Source: Catajapyx aquilonaris
Lineage: Eukaryota
Assembly: GCA_000934665.2 (NCBI GenBank)
Contig: KZ538301.1
Span: 1 to 64,000, forward strand
Length of the DNA: 64,000 nt
Direction: 5' to 3'
The position numbers were made by a program, and so were the translations under genes. How positions within the stretch are numbered: the first letter of the stretch is position 1; every line of letters begins with the position of its first letter. Positions 1-11,739 of the stretch are shown piece after piece. The notes beneath the pieces were generated by a model that worked only from the letters and a program-made list of their open reading frames with translations, searched no databases and was not told the DNA's origin.

Positions 1-104
1 CCCCCCCCCCCCCCTCTTGTGATTTTTGCGTCATCTGCAAGTCATCTTTGTAACCTATCCAGTTTTCGAATAAAACAGACGCGAATTTTCTCAGCCGCTT
101 TTTG

Positions 105-136
105 CAGGTGTTCCTATTAATTATGTCCAACCCCTG
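105..136. mobile_element. Solo terminal inverted repeat of a Tc1/mariner-type element (partner end not found; may lie upstream of the window)
   Basis: The reverse complement reads TA-CAGGGGTTGGACATAATTAATAGGAACACCTG, a Tc1-like CAGGGG terminus abutting TA (137-138). Confidence 0.45.
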
Positions 137-2965
137 TATGCATTTATGCTTAGGCCTTATTTGCTGGTGAAAAATCGTACCCGAAAGTTTGTGCTAAAAT
201 ATGACTTTTAAAAAAATCCCCTTCATATAGGGCAAGCGGTGAAAAATTATTTTCAAGTTAGTCCCACCATAATATGCAAAACAAGGTAGGGGATCGCAGT
301 TCTCATACCCTTTGCCTGAGATGAGATTTGGAAGCAAGAGCCGGTCCTCTCAACCATTTATGTGCTGGGGGATTAACCCTTTTCGGAGGAAGAGGAGGAG
401 GAGGAAGAGGAAGGGAGAGTGGGGAGTAGGGGGATTTGAAGCTCCCAATTCGCATTCCACTCACCCTTTCTCCGGATCACCGCCTGCACCTCATCAACTC
501 ACCTGCAAAGGGAGAAAAGGGACACGAATTACTCACACGTGCATATTTCAAGCACTACACTTCCAGGATTCAATCACCAACTATACACTTAGAATATTAC
601 ACCTCACTATTATTGGCACGGTTTGGATAAGCATTGTTGTAAAATTGCATTATAGCAGTTTATATTAATCATCTTGTGTATACACGTGCTTAAATATCAG
701 TTTTGGAGCACAAAGTGAAGCCGCAAACATAGGCGGTTATTACTAAAGGTCGACCTATTTTAGGTCTATATACTGCACGGGTTCAGAATATTATGAAATC
801 AGGGAATTCATTTTGCGCTTCATTATACTTTTGGCAGCTCGTACACTTCCGCTCACTGGATGTGGAATTGGCCGGGCAAATTATTATTTTCGCCCTTTCA
901 TCGCCCGTGGCATGCAGCTGTTGCCATTTATTATAATCAGCGAAAATCCGAGTACGGCCCCAGCCGGTTTATCTACACATTATTACAAAATCTCCTGTCG
1001 CATTCTATTTTTTGTTGACTCGCAATGAAAAATCAGCCATGAATTTGTAACTACTTTAATACTTAAATCCAGTTGAGAAGTCTGCAAATCCAAATATAGT
1101 GTTGCACATCGCATGCAACATGCCATCAGCTTTATTCCCACAATGCAATTTAGTGCATTTCATCTGATACTGACTTTTTGGATATGTGCATCATAAAACC
1201 CGAATAAATGCACTCGACATTTTCCATTCAAGACAGAAAAGGTCCCACATACCTTGGTTGGATGCTTGACATAATTTAAGTCATTTCTTATTGCCGTATG
1301 TAATGCAAGATGTGTGACAATTCCTGCATTACAATATAACTCATTGAGAACACCCAAAAATTCACTTCAAAGCAAAACTGTATTCGTAATTTCAGAGAAC
1401 CAATCCCACATCTTTAACCATGCAACTTGATAAAAAATGATCCTGCAAACTCCGCTTAATTTCGCCGATACTAAGCACGACTTCATTTGTTCCAGACTTG
1501 ATTCAACATCAAAAATCATTCGACTTTATCTGGAAAAGGCATTTGAGTAAAGTTAATGTAATTGAGGGCCCATGTCCGAAGAACAGGTTGAAGGGGGCGG
1601 GGAGGGTAGGGGAGCGGAGGGAAATTGCTCCGAATGAACGAAACGTGAAAAGAAGAGCAGAAAAAGTCCCTCTAATGGTAGGAGATGAAATGGGAATTTC
1701 TAATCAGCAGCCAAAAAGGAAATGAAAAATATGAGCGAGTCAGCAGCAGCACTTGGACTCCCCCCCCCCCTCCTTTTTTCTCTTCTTTTCCCAAATTCGA
1801 AATTTATTTGAAACATGTCGCCGGCCTACTGAGTGGAAGATGAGGGGCAAGAAAGGTGGGGAGAGGGGGGTTGAAATATATTTGTCTTGAGACGTTCATA
1901 AAATGAGGGGGGGGGGGGGGNCTGGGTTGGGTAGGACGCCCCCTTTCTTACTACTTTTTTGCACTTCTTTGGGAAACAAGTCCGGATTTTATTGCTGGCG
2001 AAGCAGTATTCAGCAGGCCCTGGACAAAGCTGGAAGGAAAAGGAAGGAAGGGGACGCAAGTCTTTGGAGAAGCTTGGGAGAAAAAAAGGAAGAAAGTAGG
2101 CCCTTGATCTCACGAGGTGGAAGGAGCAGTAGGCCTTTAAAGGAGCAAACTTGGAACTTCAAGGGTAAGCAATTATATGGGTGAAAATACGTAGCTCTAC
2201 GTTCACAAGGCTACCTGATTTTTTTCTCATGCCGTTATTGCCATATTCTGAACTCATTTGAAGAGCTCGTTGGCAAAAGTGCCCCTAAGTCAATATTCGT
2301 AACTTTTCAGGAGAGAGCGAACACGCAATACGTTCATACTAGCTAAAATTTGTCACTTCTTCATTGCTTCGGTAATTGATATGATCTGTGCCCTTCCGCA
2401 GGCAATGGTGGAAGAAATCTAATCACGACAGTTTTAAAGATAATGACAATTCACCATTCTGACTCAGGAGATTTTGCAAAAAAAATTGTCTTCCTAGTAG
2501 TTTTGACACGATAAACATTATACGATATTAACGATTATACGATATTAAACATATACGATTATACATTATATATCGTATTATGTGGATTTTGCTACGGAAT
2601 AATGATCAACTCTTACTTTTTCCATCCATTTTTCATTAATCAAACTTACAATATTTAACTCAGCCATTATCTGAATCACTGTCACATTCTTCAGAAACAA
2701 GAGGTAATTGCCTTATAAAACGCAAAAGCAAATTTAATTTACTTGGCTTCACAATCATGGGAACACCTCGGAAGTTTATTGATACCAACTGGCAACCACG
2801 TCTTATCCCGTTTTAAGATGCTATATTTGCAGTGCAATCCAGTGTATGTTTCGTTGAATGACTTGAAATGCACATAGTCCTTCTTGATTTTATGAGCACA
2901 TGCCACAACTCTGTTTTACTCTTTCACTATACAATATCTCTTCCAGACGTACCTTTCAAAGTCCA

Positions 2966-2981
2966 NNNNNNNNNNNNNNNN
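2966..2981. other. Assembly gap (16 N)
   Basis: N run. Other ambiguous bases lie at 1921, 24925, 26411, 49242-49246, 55392 and 57663, mostly next to G/C homopolymers. Confidence 0.99.
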
Positions 2982-3134
2982 CCCCAACTTCGAGACATTG
3001 CCCATCTTGAGAAACTATGCATGATATTCTTCCTGGAGCATTATCTCTCTCAAATTTTAGCTTTTTTTTAACACGGCAGAAGGCTCGTCAGGGGGGCATG
3101 TAAGAATGACCCCTGATGGGGAAGAAGCATTATA

Positions 3135-3471
3135 CAGGGTGTTTCAACTTTTTGGTCTGAACAGTTATCGGAAAATTGCATGTAGCTGCTACTTTGTAAG
3201 CAGTGACTTGCAAACGGTGATTTTTCGGAGGAACGGGGAATATTCCCTGCGAATCGTAGGTTGAAGTGGCGTACGTGCTGCCCGCTGAAAATTGAGGGTC
3301 AAGCCTGGGAAAAAGAGGGTCACACATGCCATGGGATGTGTGACCCCCTCTTTCCCCATTCCCCATTCCTCCGACAAATCCCCGATTGCAAGTCACTGCT
3401 TAGAAAGTAGCAGCTACGTTTCCTAATACATTTTCCGATAACTGTTCGGACAAAAAAGTTGAAACACCCTG
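3135..3471. mobile_element. Tc1/mariner-type fold-back MITE (337 bp), nested in the 2260-3784 element
   Basis: TA-CAGGGTGTTTCAACTTTTT...AAAAAAGTTGAAACACCCTG-CA (right TA apparently mutated). Imperfect inverted arms of ~107 bp (3135-3241 vs ~3358-3471) plus an inner palindrome at 3307-3357 centred on CCATGG. Confidence 0.9.
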
Positions 3472-5144
3472 CATATCTGGATGTTACTATTATTATTGCA
3501 GTATTTTGCGGTTCTTTCGGAACGGAGCACGCCATTTTGTCATGTGACCGAATAGCTGCGCCCTATTGGTTCTTTATGATTTGGCAATTTTTCATCAGAA
3601 GTCCTGCATGGCTTAGGCAATTTTGCTACAAATCGACTTTTTTGAAGGTGCATTCCCACGATATTTAAGCACATTTGTTAATACTCCTACACCTACTTGA
3701 AAAGGGCCTACTGCTTGACTGTACGGTGTTGCTATCTCAAATTTCATGAAAATTGACTTAGGCACTTTTGCCAACGAGCTCTTCATTTTGCCTTCTACAT
3801 TTTTACGCCTGATTCATTAATAACCTACTGGGTATTGCACAAAAATTTCAGATAAATAGCACAGACCGCTACAACGAAATATCAAAAGTTAACTACAATT
3901 ACCTTCAACCCAGCAGCAGGAGAAAGGGTGCACTAAGCTTGGGCTGCTAAAAAATTCAAAATGCCGTCACTACTAGGCAAAACACACTGGCTAGACATGT
4001 AGTACTCCTTTGATCACGAGCACTTGAAACGCGCAGAGCCGAAACTGCAATCAGTAGTATTGTGGGGTTAAATGCGGCAAAAACAGGAGGTCGTATCTCG
4101 GCCACATTGAGCTGGCGTATAGGGCGTTGGGGAGCCCGCAATAGGCGAGCCTTGTTTCCTAATCCAAATAAAGGGAAAAGGAGGCTGGTCCTTTCACCAA
4201 GTTGTCTCTAAACCTCAGACACTCATTTCTTTGTTCATCGAGCTTTGGGGAATGCGGATTGTGCCTCCCGCCACCACCATCAACACCGCCGCCACCTCTA
4301 CTAAACCCTCCCTTCCTCGGAACAGACTTAATGCCACTCATGAAAAGGGAACACGGAAAGCAATTCCGGATTACGGCTCCAGGATTATTATCCACGTCAC
4401 TTAATGGAAACCTCCGCCTCGTAAATAAAATGCCAAGCAAGCAAGTGCTACGCCTCGACCCTCATCTTCCAGGCAATCAGCAACAGCAACTACCTGCCCA
4501 ACAAACACTCCTTCCACCACCATCACTCACTCGCTTCAACCTTCTACGCACATCATGAATAAACGCTAGTGTCCATCACACTACTACATTTGGTTTGGTT
4601 TACTGGTGGCGAGGAGGACATAAGGAGATCTTCCATAAAACGCGAATGTCATAGATGGCTTCAGAGGTCCACTAGCACCGCCATCACCACGTGCGGCGTC
4701 TGTTAGACACAACTTCACAGTGCGCAGAATAATTGCGCATAACAACTTGCGCAGGACGGTTGGTACGTATCAGAGGTGAGTGATCAGGCCGAAACATGAA
4801 GTGCTGGGCCCTGGCACCTATTGCGCATTGCGTCACACCTGGGCAGAGCAGGACCATGGCGGTCACACAGTGCTGAAACTACCTGGCCGCTGCAAATGTA
4901 AGGAGCAACATAACGGGACGAATAAACGCGATGCAATTAGTCGCGCACCAAAGACTCGGTGCGGCCAATTAGAGCAGTGCTGGAAAGACATAAATGCGCG
5001 ATAGGCGAGGTAATGAAACTGATATAGAGAGAGAGGATTAGAGCGCCGTCCCTTCGGCCATCGTTAACGTCCGCTACAAAACAGGTTTATGCAAATGAAG
5101 ATGAGGTGGGGGAAGGAGGGCTGGGAGGGCCGGGGGGAGATGGC

Positions 5145-5186
5145 CCTTCCTTCCTTCCTTCCTTCCTTCCTTCCTTCCTTCCTTCC
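5145..5186. repeat. (CCTT)n microsatellite, ~10 units
   Basis: Read directly from the sequence. Confidence 0.95.
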
Positions 5187-5881
5187 GCCAAGGGGAATAA
5201 TTAGTCGTGCGATTGTCTCTTCATTCCGGCGGCCAAATGGCCGGGAAAGTTGTCCGGAAGGTAAGTCGCCTTGGAGGAGCCTTAAAGCCCTGCTCATAAA
5301 GGTCATCCTGCTTCATGACCGCATCAAACGCGGCGATTATTAATTTAGGGGGCCTTTACTTAAAGCTCCGGGAATTTTCGCCCCGGACCCTTCCTTTACC
5401 CGAAATATCTCTCTAATTAATCTCCTTTGGGGTGCTCCGCAGCTTCATGTCGCGATTTATTGCATCTTGGTTATGCGCAGAATTCCATGTTTACAAGATC
5501 TGAGAGCCTTAAAGGAGCGGGTGCAAAAGAGGGAACCGCATTTTTCGGCCTTATGAAAACCTCTTATGTGCAGGCTGAGAACAGGCATTAACTCATTGCA
5601 TCCCGGGAAGCTCTCTTTTGGTTATTCAAGTACAGAGAAGCAGACGCGTCTTTCTTCGAATTACAAGGCTCAAAGAACCATTAAGAAAATAGGATGGAAT
5701 TAAAAATATATTTTACCATTTAAATGTGGCATTTCAGGTCACATACGTAAAATCTCTTATAAGTTCGTCAGAATTTATTTGCTACGATTTGAAGAGCCCT
5801 GTTTTCCAGGTAAAGAGCCCAAGAAAGATATCACCGACATAGGTCTGACTCGTGAGAAGTACAGTATATGGGTCTATATAC

Positions 5882-6107
5882 CAGTGCTTCCCAAAGTGAG
5901 GGGTCGCGATGGGTAACAAATAATTTTTTTAAATGACTTATAGCCCTCTGGAAAAATATGATCGTAAATGAGATGTATGCATTTATCGATGGCTGTCATT
6001 GACTACTACTGGGGTAGAGGGGCAGGTATATTGAATTGAAAGTGTGCGTCGCGAATTTTACGAGACGATTTTCTGGGATCGCCCACAAAAAAGATTGGGA
6101 AACACTG
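5882..6107. mobile_element. hAT-like (Charlie-type) MITE, 226 bp
   Basis: TIRs CAGTGCTTCCCAA / TTGGGAAACACTG match at 12/13. The 8-bp flanks CTATATAC and CTCTATAA match at 6/8. Subterminal GGGGTCGCGA-like motifs occur near both ends. Confidence 0.8.
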
Positions 6108-6243
6108 CTCTATAACCTACAGGACATTGACATTTTGTAATATTGTTATGGATTATTATTCAATCCAGCACTCAATTCAAAGAGAAACTACAATCTCATA
6201 CAAATGTGGCTTTGATTTGCTACCATCATGGGTAAAGTAGCTA

Positions 6244-6756
6244 CAGGGTGTTTCTTACTAGTAGGTCAAGCCACAAGTGGCGTATTCCTTGGCCCAAACC
6301 AAGTCTAAAATGTAGGGGGGAGAAATGTCGAGGGACCAACTTGTAACGAAGTAGACGACCAGAAACATTGGACTACCCCTAGACACAGGCGGCAACACAC
6401 ACGACGCCTCTTTGTAGGGAGATCTGGCAGCTGGACCCGCGCGCCTTACAGGGGCTGACTAGGGAGCAGAATATCAGCGGTATAATCATGACCGATGGGA
6501 TTTTGCGAGATCGTCTCTTTCACAGAACCAATTATCACGCTTATATCCTGCTTTCTAGGCAAACCCTGCCAGGAGCTCTCCCCTACAAAGAGGCGTCATG
6601 TGTGTTGCCGCCTGTGTCTAGGGGTAGTCCAATGTTTCTGGTCGTCTACTTCGTTACAAGTCGGTCCCTCGACATTTCTCCCCCCTACATTTTAGACTTG
6701 GTTTAGGCCAAGGAATAGGCCACTTGCGGCTTGATCTACTAGTAAGAAACACCCTG
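6244..6756. mobile_element. Tc1/mariner-type fold-back MITE (513 bp) with TA TSD
   Basis: TA-CAGGGTGTTTCTTACTAGTAG...CTACTAGTAAGAAACACCCTG-TA. Near-identical inverted arms of ~180 bp (6244-6422 vs ~6577-6756), with weaker inner arms at 6459-6486 vs 6531-6558. Confidence 0.95.
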
Positions 6757-8790
6757 TATAATATCTTCTTCCCCTACTCCCCTCTTGTGCCTAAGGCACG
6801 GCGCCACCATGTATAAACAAAAATAATGAATATCATACAATGCTGACTGATCCGGTAACGGTTGGTTATAGGTATATTGGAAAAATACAACTCATATAAT
6901 CTTACACATCTTCAGTGGTCGACAGAGCAGCCATTTTGGCAACTGCGTTTGGAACATTATAACAAAGAGTAGTTATTGATTTTGTCACGATAAGACGACT
7001 GTCAATTTACTCCGTCTCTCTGTCCCATGAATACCGTCCTATATTCACATCTTCCGACCCGAATATGAAGTCATTTGCAGGTACCATGTTTTCCACAAAA
7101 ATATCCCAAAATGACATGTAAAGACTTTTAACGTAATCATTTTGGGTGTAACCTGAGAACTGCATCTTTACATCTGACTTTCAAACAATGTCGCTTTTTT
7201 AACCTTTCATTTCACAGTGAGTCAGCGACCTAGGCCATTGACAACACCAGGCTTTCAGTGCTGACAGTAAAAAAAATCCCGAATGAAGCAGAAGTTAGAC
7301 CATGGAGGCCACAAAGGTACATCTGATTTGCCCAGGAGTGTACATGCACTGTATCGCGGGTGTGATGGAATTACCAGTCGCAGCTTCAAAGCCCCACCAC
7401 CCCTCCCCTTTTAATGAATTGAATTTATCCTCTGGCGGAGGATTCAACATAACTGAAGCGGAGCTTCACATGATTCTTGAACGAAGACAAAAGGCGACAG
7501 AGGAGAAGCACTTAAAATTGGGCTGGAACTGAATCCGACTTAATCCCGGGGCCGCCCTCTTTTGATGAAATACATGGAATTGGCCCACTCCAGCTCTTCC
7601 CCAAAATTCCTGAGGAGGAGGGAGGGAGAAGGAAAGAAGAGGAGGAGGAGGAGGCAAGTCTTTCTGGGGGCAGCTTTAATTGGTGGCCCAGAGATAGAGG
7701 AAGACGGAGCAAAATGTCTTAATGCACACTAATCTTTAATTGGTGGCGGGGAATTTCCAACTTTGCCTCCCAAAACTTGGCAAATCGGACCCCGACTTGG
7801 AAATCCGGCTCTTAAGAGAAAGACCCACTCAGGGACCCACACGCCCACATAATATTGCCTTTGCTGTCTCGTTCAGGGCTCAATATGTGCCGCACTTGCA
7901 CTTTAGGACCCCCAGCTATTTCATTCCGGAGGCAGAGCCTGCGTTTTATGCCACCCTACAACTGCGTAAGTGAATGAATGGGGAACATGGTATACAGGGT
8001 GTTTCTACTAAAACGTCCCTAGCGGTTAGACCTTTTTTGTAACTATAAGATGCTTATTTTTAAGCAATTACCCGGGGGTTATTTAAAAATATGACCTGTT
8101 ATATTGGCCCGATTCAAGCTCTGAATTGCAATGAATCCGATTGGAAATGGCCCATTGGAACAATGGGCAATATTGTATACAATTTAATCTAAAGTGGGTG
8201 ATTAATGTAATGTTCTCCAATCTATTGTGTACTGCATACAATATATGACTATCACTATCAGCAGGGTTACCCATAATTATGGAGTTGCTGTAATTACAAC
8301 GCACAGCCTCCATCCCACATATAGCAGTTTTGAGATATTTACCAGAAGCCGCATACAGTTGACTATAGCCCATTTTCCTGATCTGAATCATCCTTCCTAG
8401 CTCGCATATAGGGTCCCTATAGCTGATTTGGGAGGTTTCGGTTTCATTACAAAGATAATCCCTTGTTAAGTTTCGAATCGTAATACACGCTGGTGATACG
8501 GCTCATTCTGCACGCCAGGCAACCCGCTAAACATCCCTACCACAAACTTAACAAGCTCCGTAATGAAGCTGAAACCGTCAAAATCAACTTGGGCAATTTC
8601 GTCTTAGAACTGCGCAACACGGCTAAATCCGAGAGGAATTGCGCACCTTTAATACCACCGTGTAAAAGTAAAGGTCCAATTTCATTGCCCGCCAAATATT
8701 GGTAAACGATATTTCGGTAAATATTTTGTGCAATATAGTAGCTCATTTTATTCAGCTGTCAAAACCACAACAACTCAATTTGTCATTGTA

Positions 8791-8906
8791 GTTGTTGGTG
8801 GTGGTGGTTCTTGTTTTTGTGGTTTTGCTGGTGGCAGTGGTTGAGGCGGTGGTGTAGTGTTTTTAATGTAGAAACTAAACACCACCACCACAACCATTCC
8901 CACCAC
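8791..8906. repeat. Low-complexity (GGT)-rich tract followed by (CAC)-rich tract
   Basis: Degenerate GTG/GGT repeats followed by ACC/CAC repeats, giving an imperfect fold-back. Confidence 0.7.
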
Positions 8907-11377
8907 TTTATTTGCATAAAAATTTCAAGCAAACAAACCAGTGATCGTCTACTAGATGAATGTAACGTCCATGCAAGTTCAAGTTTGGTAACAACACAGT
9001 CGCTGGCTCTCGGTTTCAAACTAGGTTAAAGTCACTTACGGTAATTGTTTTTGCAGCCACCCACTCAATTATATTACACCCTGTAATCTAAAGTTGTGTC
9101 TGCAAATAGAACGAAGTTGGCACACTAAAACACTGTTGTTTTGCTAATCGGCCCCCTGTAAACTTCAGCGTTAATCAAGCGTATTAGGTCGCATTCTCTT
9201 CTGCAGTGGGCCATATCCAAGGGTCGGGTAGCACTTTCGCATCCACGATTATTGAACAAATAATTCGCAATTTACTTAGTGTTTCATTCGCCATGACAAG
9301 TGCTTGCAGTTAATGGCATGGATCAGGAGAAAATATTATTTTCTTATTGTTACTGTAGCCAAATGAGAAAGAAATGTGGATGCAAATGACTGATAATTTA
9401 AGAACAATCAGTATGACAAGGGAATAAGTAAAGTCCAGTTGTATCCACATAAATCTTAATATGAATCTGCCACTACGTATACAAATAATTATTTGCAGTA
9501 CTTAATTATTATTAGACTCGAAATGTAACCGCTTAAATATTTCCTTATCATTTCCGTAAATAATACTTCCAACGACAAATTTGGCAAAAAACTCACTTAA
9601 CCATGAATATTATTTGGACCAAAATCTGACTCTGATCGTTCGGAATGTCATACCTCCAAATGTTCTAGGCTCCTTCCAGGTACCAAATAGTATAATTGTT
9701 TCTGTAGTTTTGAGAGACTGCGCTGGAGATGAATAGCCTACTATTCAATAGTGAACATGCATAGGAGGCAAGATGTCTCCAGCAGACAGGCATCGATTTA
9801 ATTATAACTCAGATTGTCGGTATTGGTCTGGAACCAAAAGTGCACGATTGTGAAGGTGCTTGACGTTGCAAATCCCATGAAAATAGTTCAGGTTTGTTGG
9901 ACGAGGCCATGACGTGAGTGGCCCGGAAATCTAGTGGCGCAGTATGGTGGGGCCGGTGCTCGAATAGGGCTCTTCCAAAATGTCTCTGGAGAATCGTTGA
10001 GCCAAATTAGAAGCGCCAGCCTGGGCTCCAAAACGGAATAAGACTAGGTCGAGTTATGCACCTCTTCCCTTTCCTCCGCACTTAGGTTTTCCAAAAGCCT
10101 CAAATCCCGGCCCATTTCACGCACTCTCAGCCACTCCCTTGCACCTCTTACATCACCTCTCCCTCAACTACTCTTTGTACAACTACTTCCATTTTCACTC
10201 CCGCCATTCTGACCTTGTTTGCCCCTCTTTTTACCACCTCCATTCAAGTTGGCACTATTTCACTCACTATTTCCAGGCCTTGGTAGAGGGTATTCAAACA
10301 TGGCGTCCTGCTGCACGCACCCTGCAGGCCAACTTTTAAATGCGACTCTGCTTTCTGACTCACATTCTTTCCTTTTAGTGTGATATTAAATAACAATTGC
10401 GAGTTTGGCCGCCGGGGTGGCTAAATGCAACTCAACGGTTCATAAGCAAATGCAGCTGTCGTGTTACCTTTGGCCTGGAAAGACTAAATGGAGCCAAAAG
10501 CTACAAGTACATCTCCTAATTCCTCCATATCTGCTTAAATGCAGCAGGGCAGTTCGTAGTCATCCTGTACTGGAGCCAAAACCATGCATTTTACATAGCT
10601 TGTTCAAGTTTCGGGTGCAAAATCGGGTGTGATCGAATTCATCGACCTTTGGTTGGGCTCTCCCATCCAAAGGCAAAACTCACGTAATGAATTAGAAACG
10701 AGCTGTGCTGTTGCGAGTCTCAGCTAATGCAAAAGTTGCAGAGATAGTTAGAGGGTTTTGAAAAAAGAGTAGGAGGAAGGTGTGGTGGGGGCAGAGGAGG
10801 GATAGGGGTTGAAAATAAATTTTATGCACTTCCTTTGTATACTGGGATGGAGCTGGGGCTCCTTGGGAGGGGGACCTATTCCCTGGAGTCATTATGGATG
10901 TCACTGGCTTCCTCCCATGTTGCATTTTGAGTCTAGTTATTACGGCAAAATTTCGGCGATACCGCGTTATTTCCCGGCCAGCAATATTATTAACATGGCT
11001 CGTGCTTCATAAATCTAATATGTTTATGCGCATAATTAGGTTTAAAGTGCTTTCGGCCGGATGGCTCTGTTATTACTGGCATAGCGATGCGTGTATGAGC
11101 AGCCAATCTAGAAACAATGGTAACAGAAATTGGAGAGAGAAATGCTGTTGATCAGTCCGGATTGAGTGAGAAAAACTCTTCAATTATCTCACCATAGTTC
11201 TAAATGGCTATACTCTGTGCAGGGCGACCCCGTAATCTTAAAACTATCACGGCAATAGTATACATACAGTAGTGGGAATACATCAGGAGAAATTCACCAA
11301 GTCCAAAAACCAGTTCCAAGATAATACAAAGCAAAGACTACTTGACCTTGCACTGGCTTGATGGCTCATTATGGAGA

Positions 11378-11739
11378 CGGACAGTTCCCGACTTACGTAA
11401 GTGGCTTGTTCCGTAACATTATACGTAAGTCGAATTTACGTAACTCGGAACATGTACGATATTTTTAAATTACACGTCATATTGTAGTATCTTACGATGT
11501 ATTGATACTGGAGTCACTGTCCTATCCGATTGAGGCTGTTGCGAGGGGGAAGTGATTCCTTGTGATGCCCAGAAGCGGGTCGGAAATGTCTTCCACGTGT
11601 AAACTGAGCGAGGGAATGACATTCGGCGGGTAAGTACGAGTTGCCACATGAATTTCGCAAATGACGGCATTTTACGTCACCAGTTTGTCCAGATTTTTTT
11701 TTACGTAAGTCCCAAGCTACGTAAGAAGAGGACATGCTG
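11378..11739. mobile_element. Degenerate pogo/Tigger-like MITE
   Basis: Left end CGGACAGTTCCCGACTTACG and right end CGTAAGAAGAGGACATGCTG are weak inverted repeats. TACGTAA(G/C) occurs at 11394, 11422, 11437, 11702 and 11718, clustered at both ends like Tigger subterminal CGTAAGT motifs. TA TSDs are not intact. Confidence 0.55.

Larger units (their letters stand above)
2260..3784. mobile_element. Non-autonomous DNA transposon, ~1.5 kb, 4-bp TSD (Sola-like); contains a nested MITE and an assembly gap
   Basis: Left end GAAGAGCTCGTTGGCAAAAGTGCCCCTAAGTCAAT (2260-2294) is the inverted repeat of ATTGACTTAGGCACTTTTGCCAACGAGCTCTTC (3752-3784) with a 2-nt indel. ATTT flanks both sides (2256-2259, 3785-3788). 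No transposase ORF. The superfamily call rests only on the AWWT 4-bp TSD. Confidence 0.75.

Noticed and set aside
6488..6706. ORFs inside the 6244-6756 MITE
   Set aside because: Short, no transposase motifs, and largely within an inverted-repeat arm.
7995..9083. A single 1.1-kb element bounded by CAGGGTGT...ACACCCTG
   Set aside because: The ends share only 8 nt, so they are treated as unrelated solo ends.
9935..9970. tRNA/SINE-like A and B boxes (TGGCGCAGTATGG...GCTCGAATAG)
   Set aside because: Spacing is too short, the B box is poor, and there is no cloverleaf or TSD.
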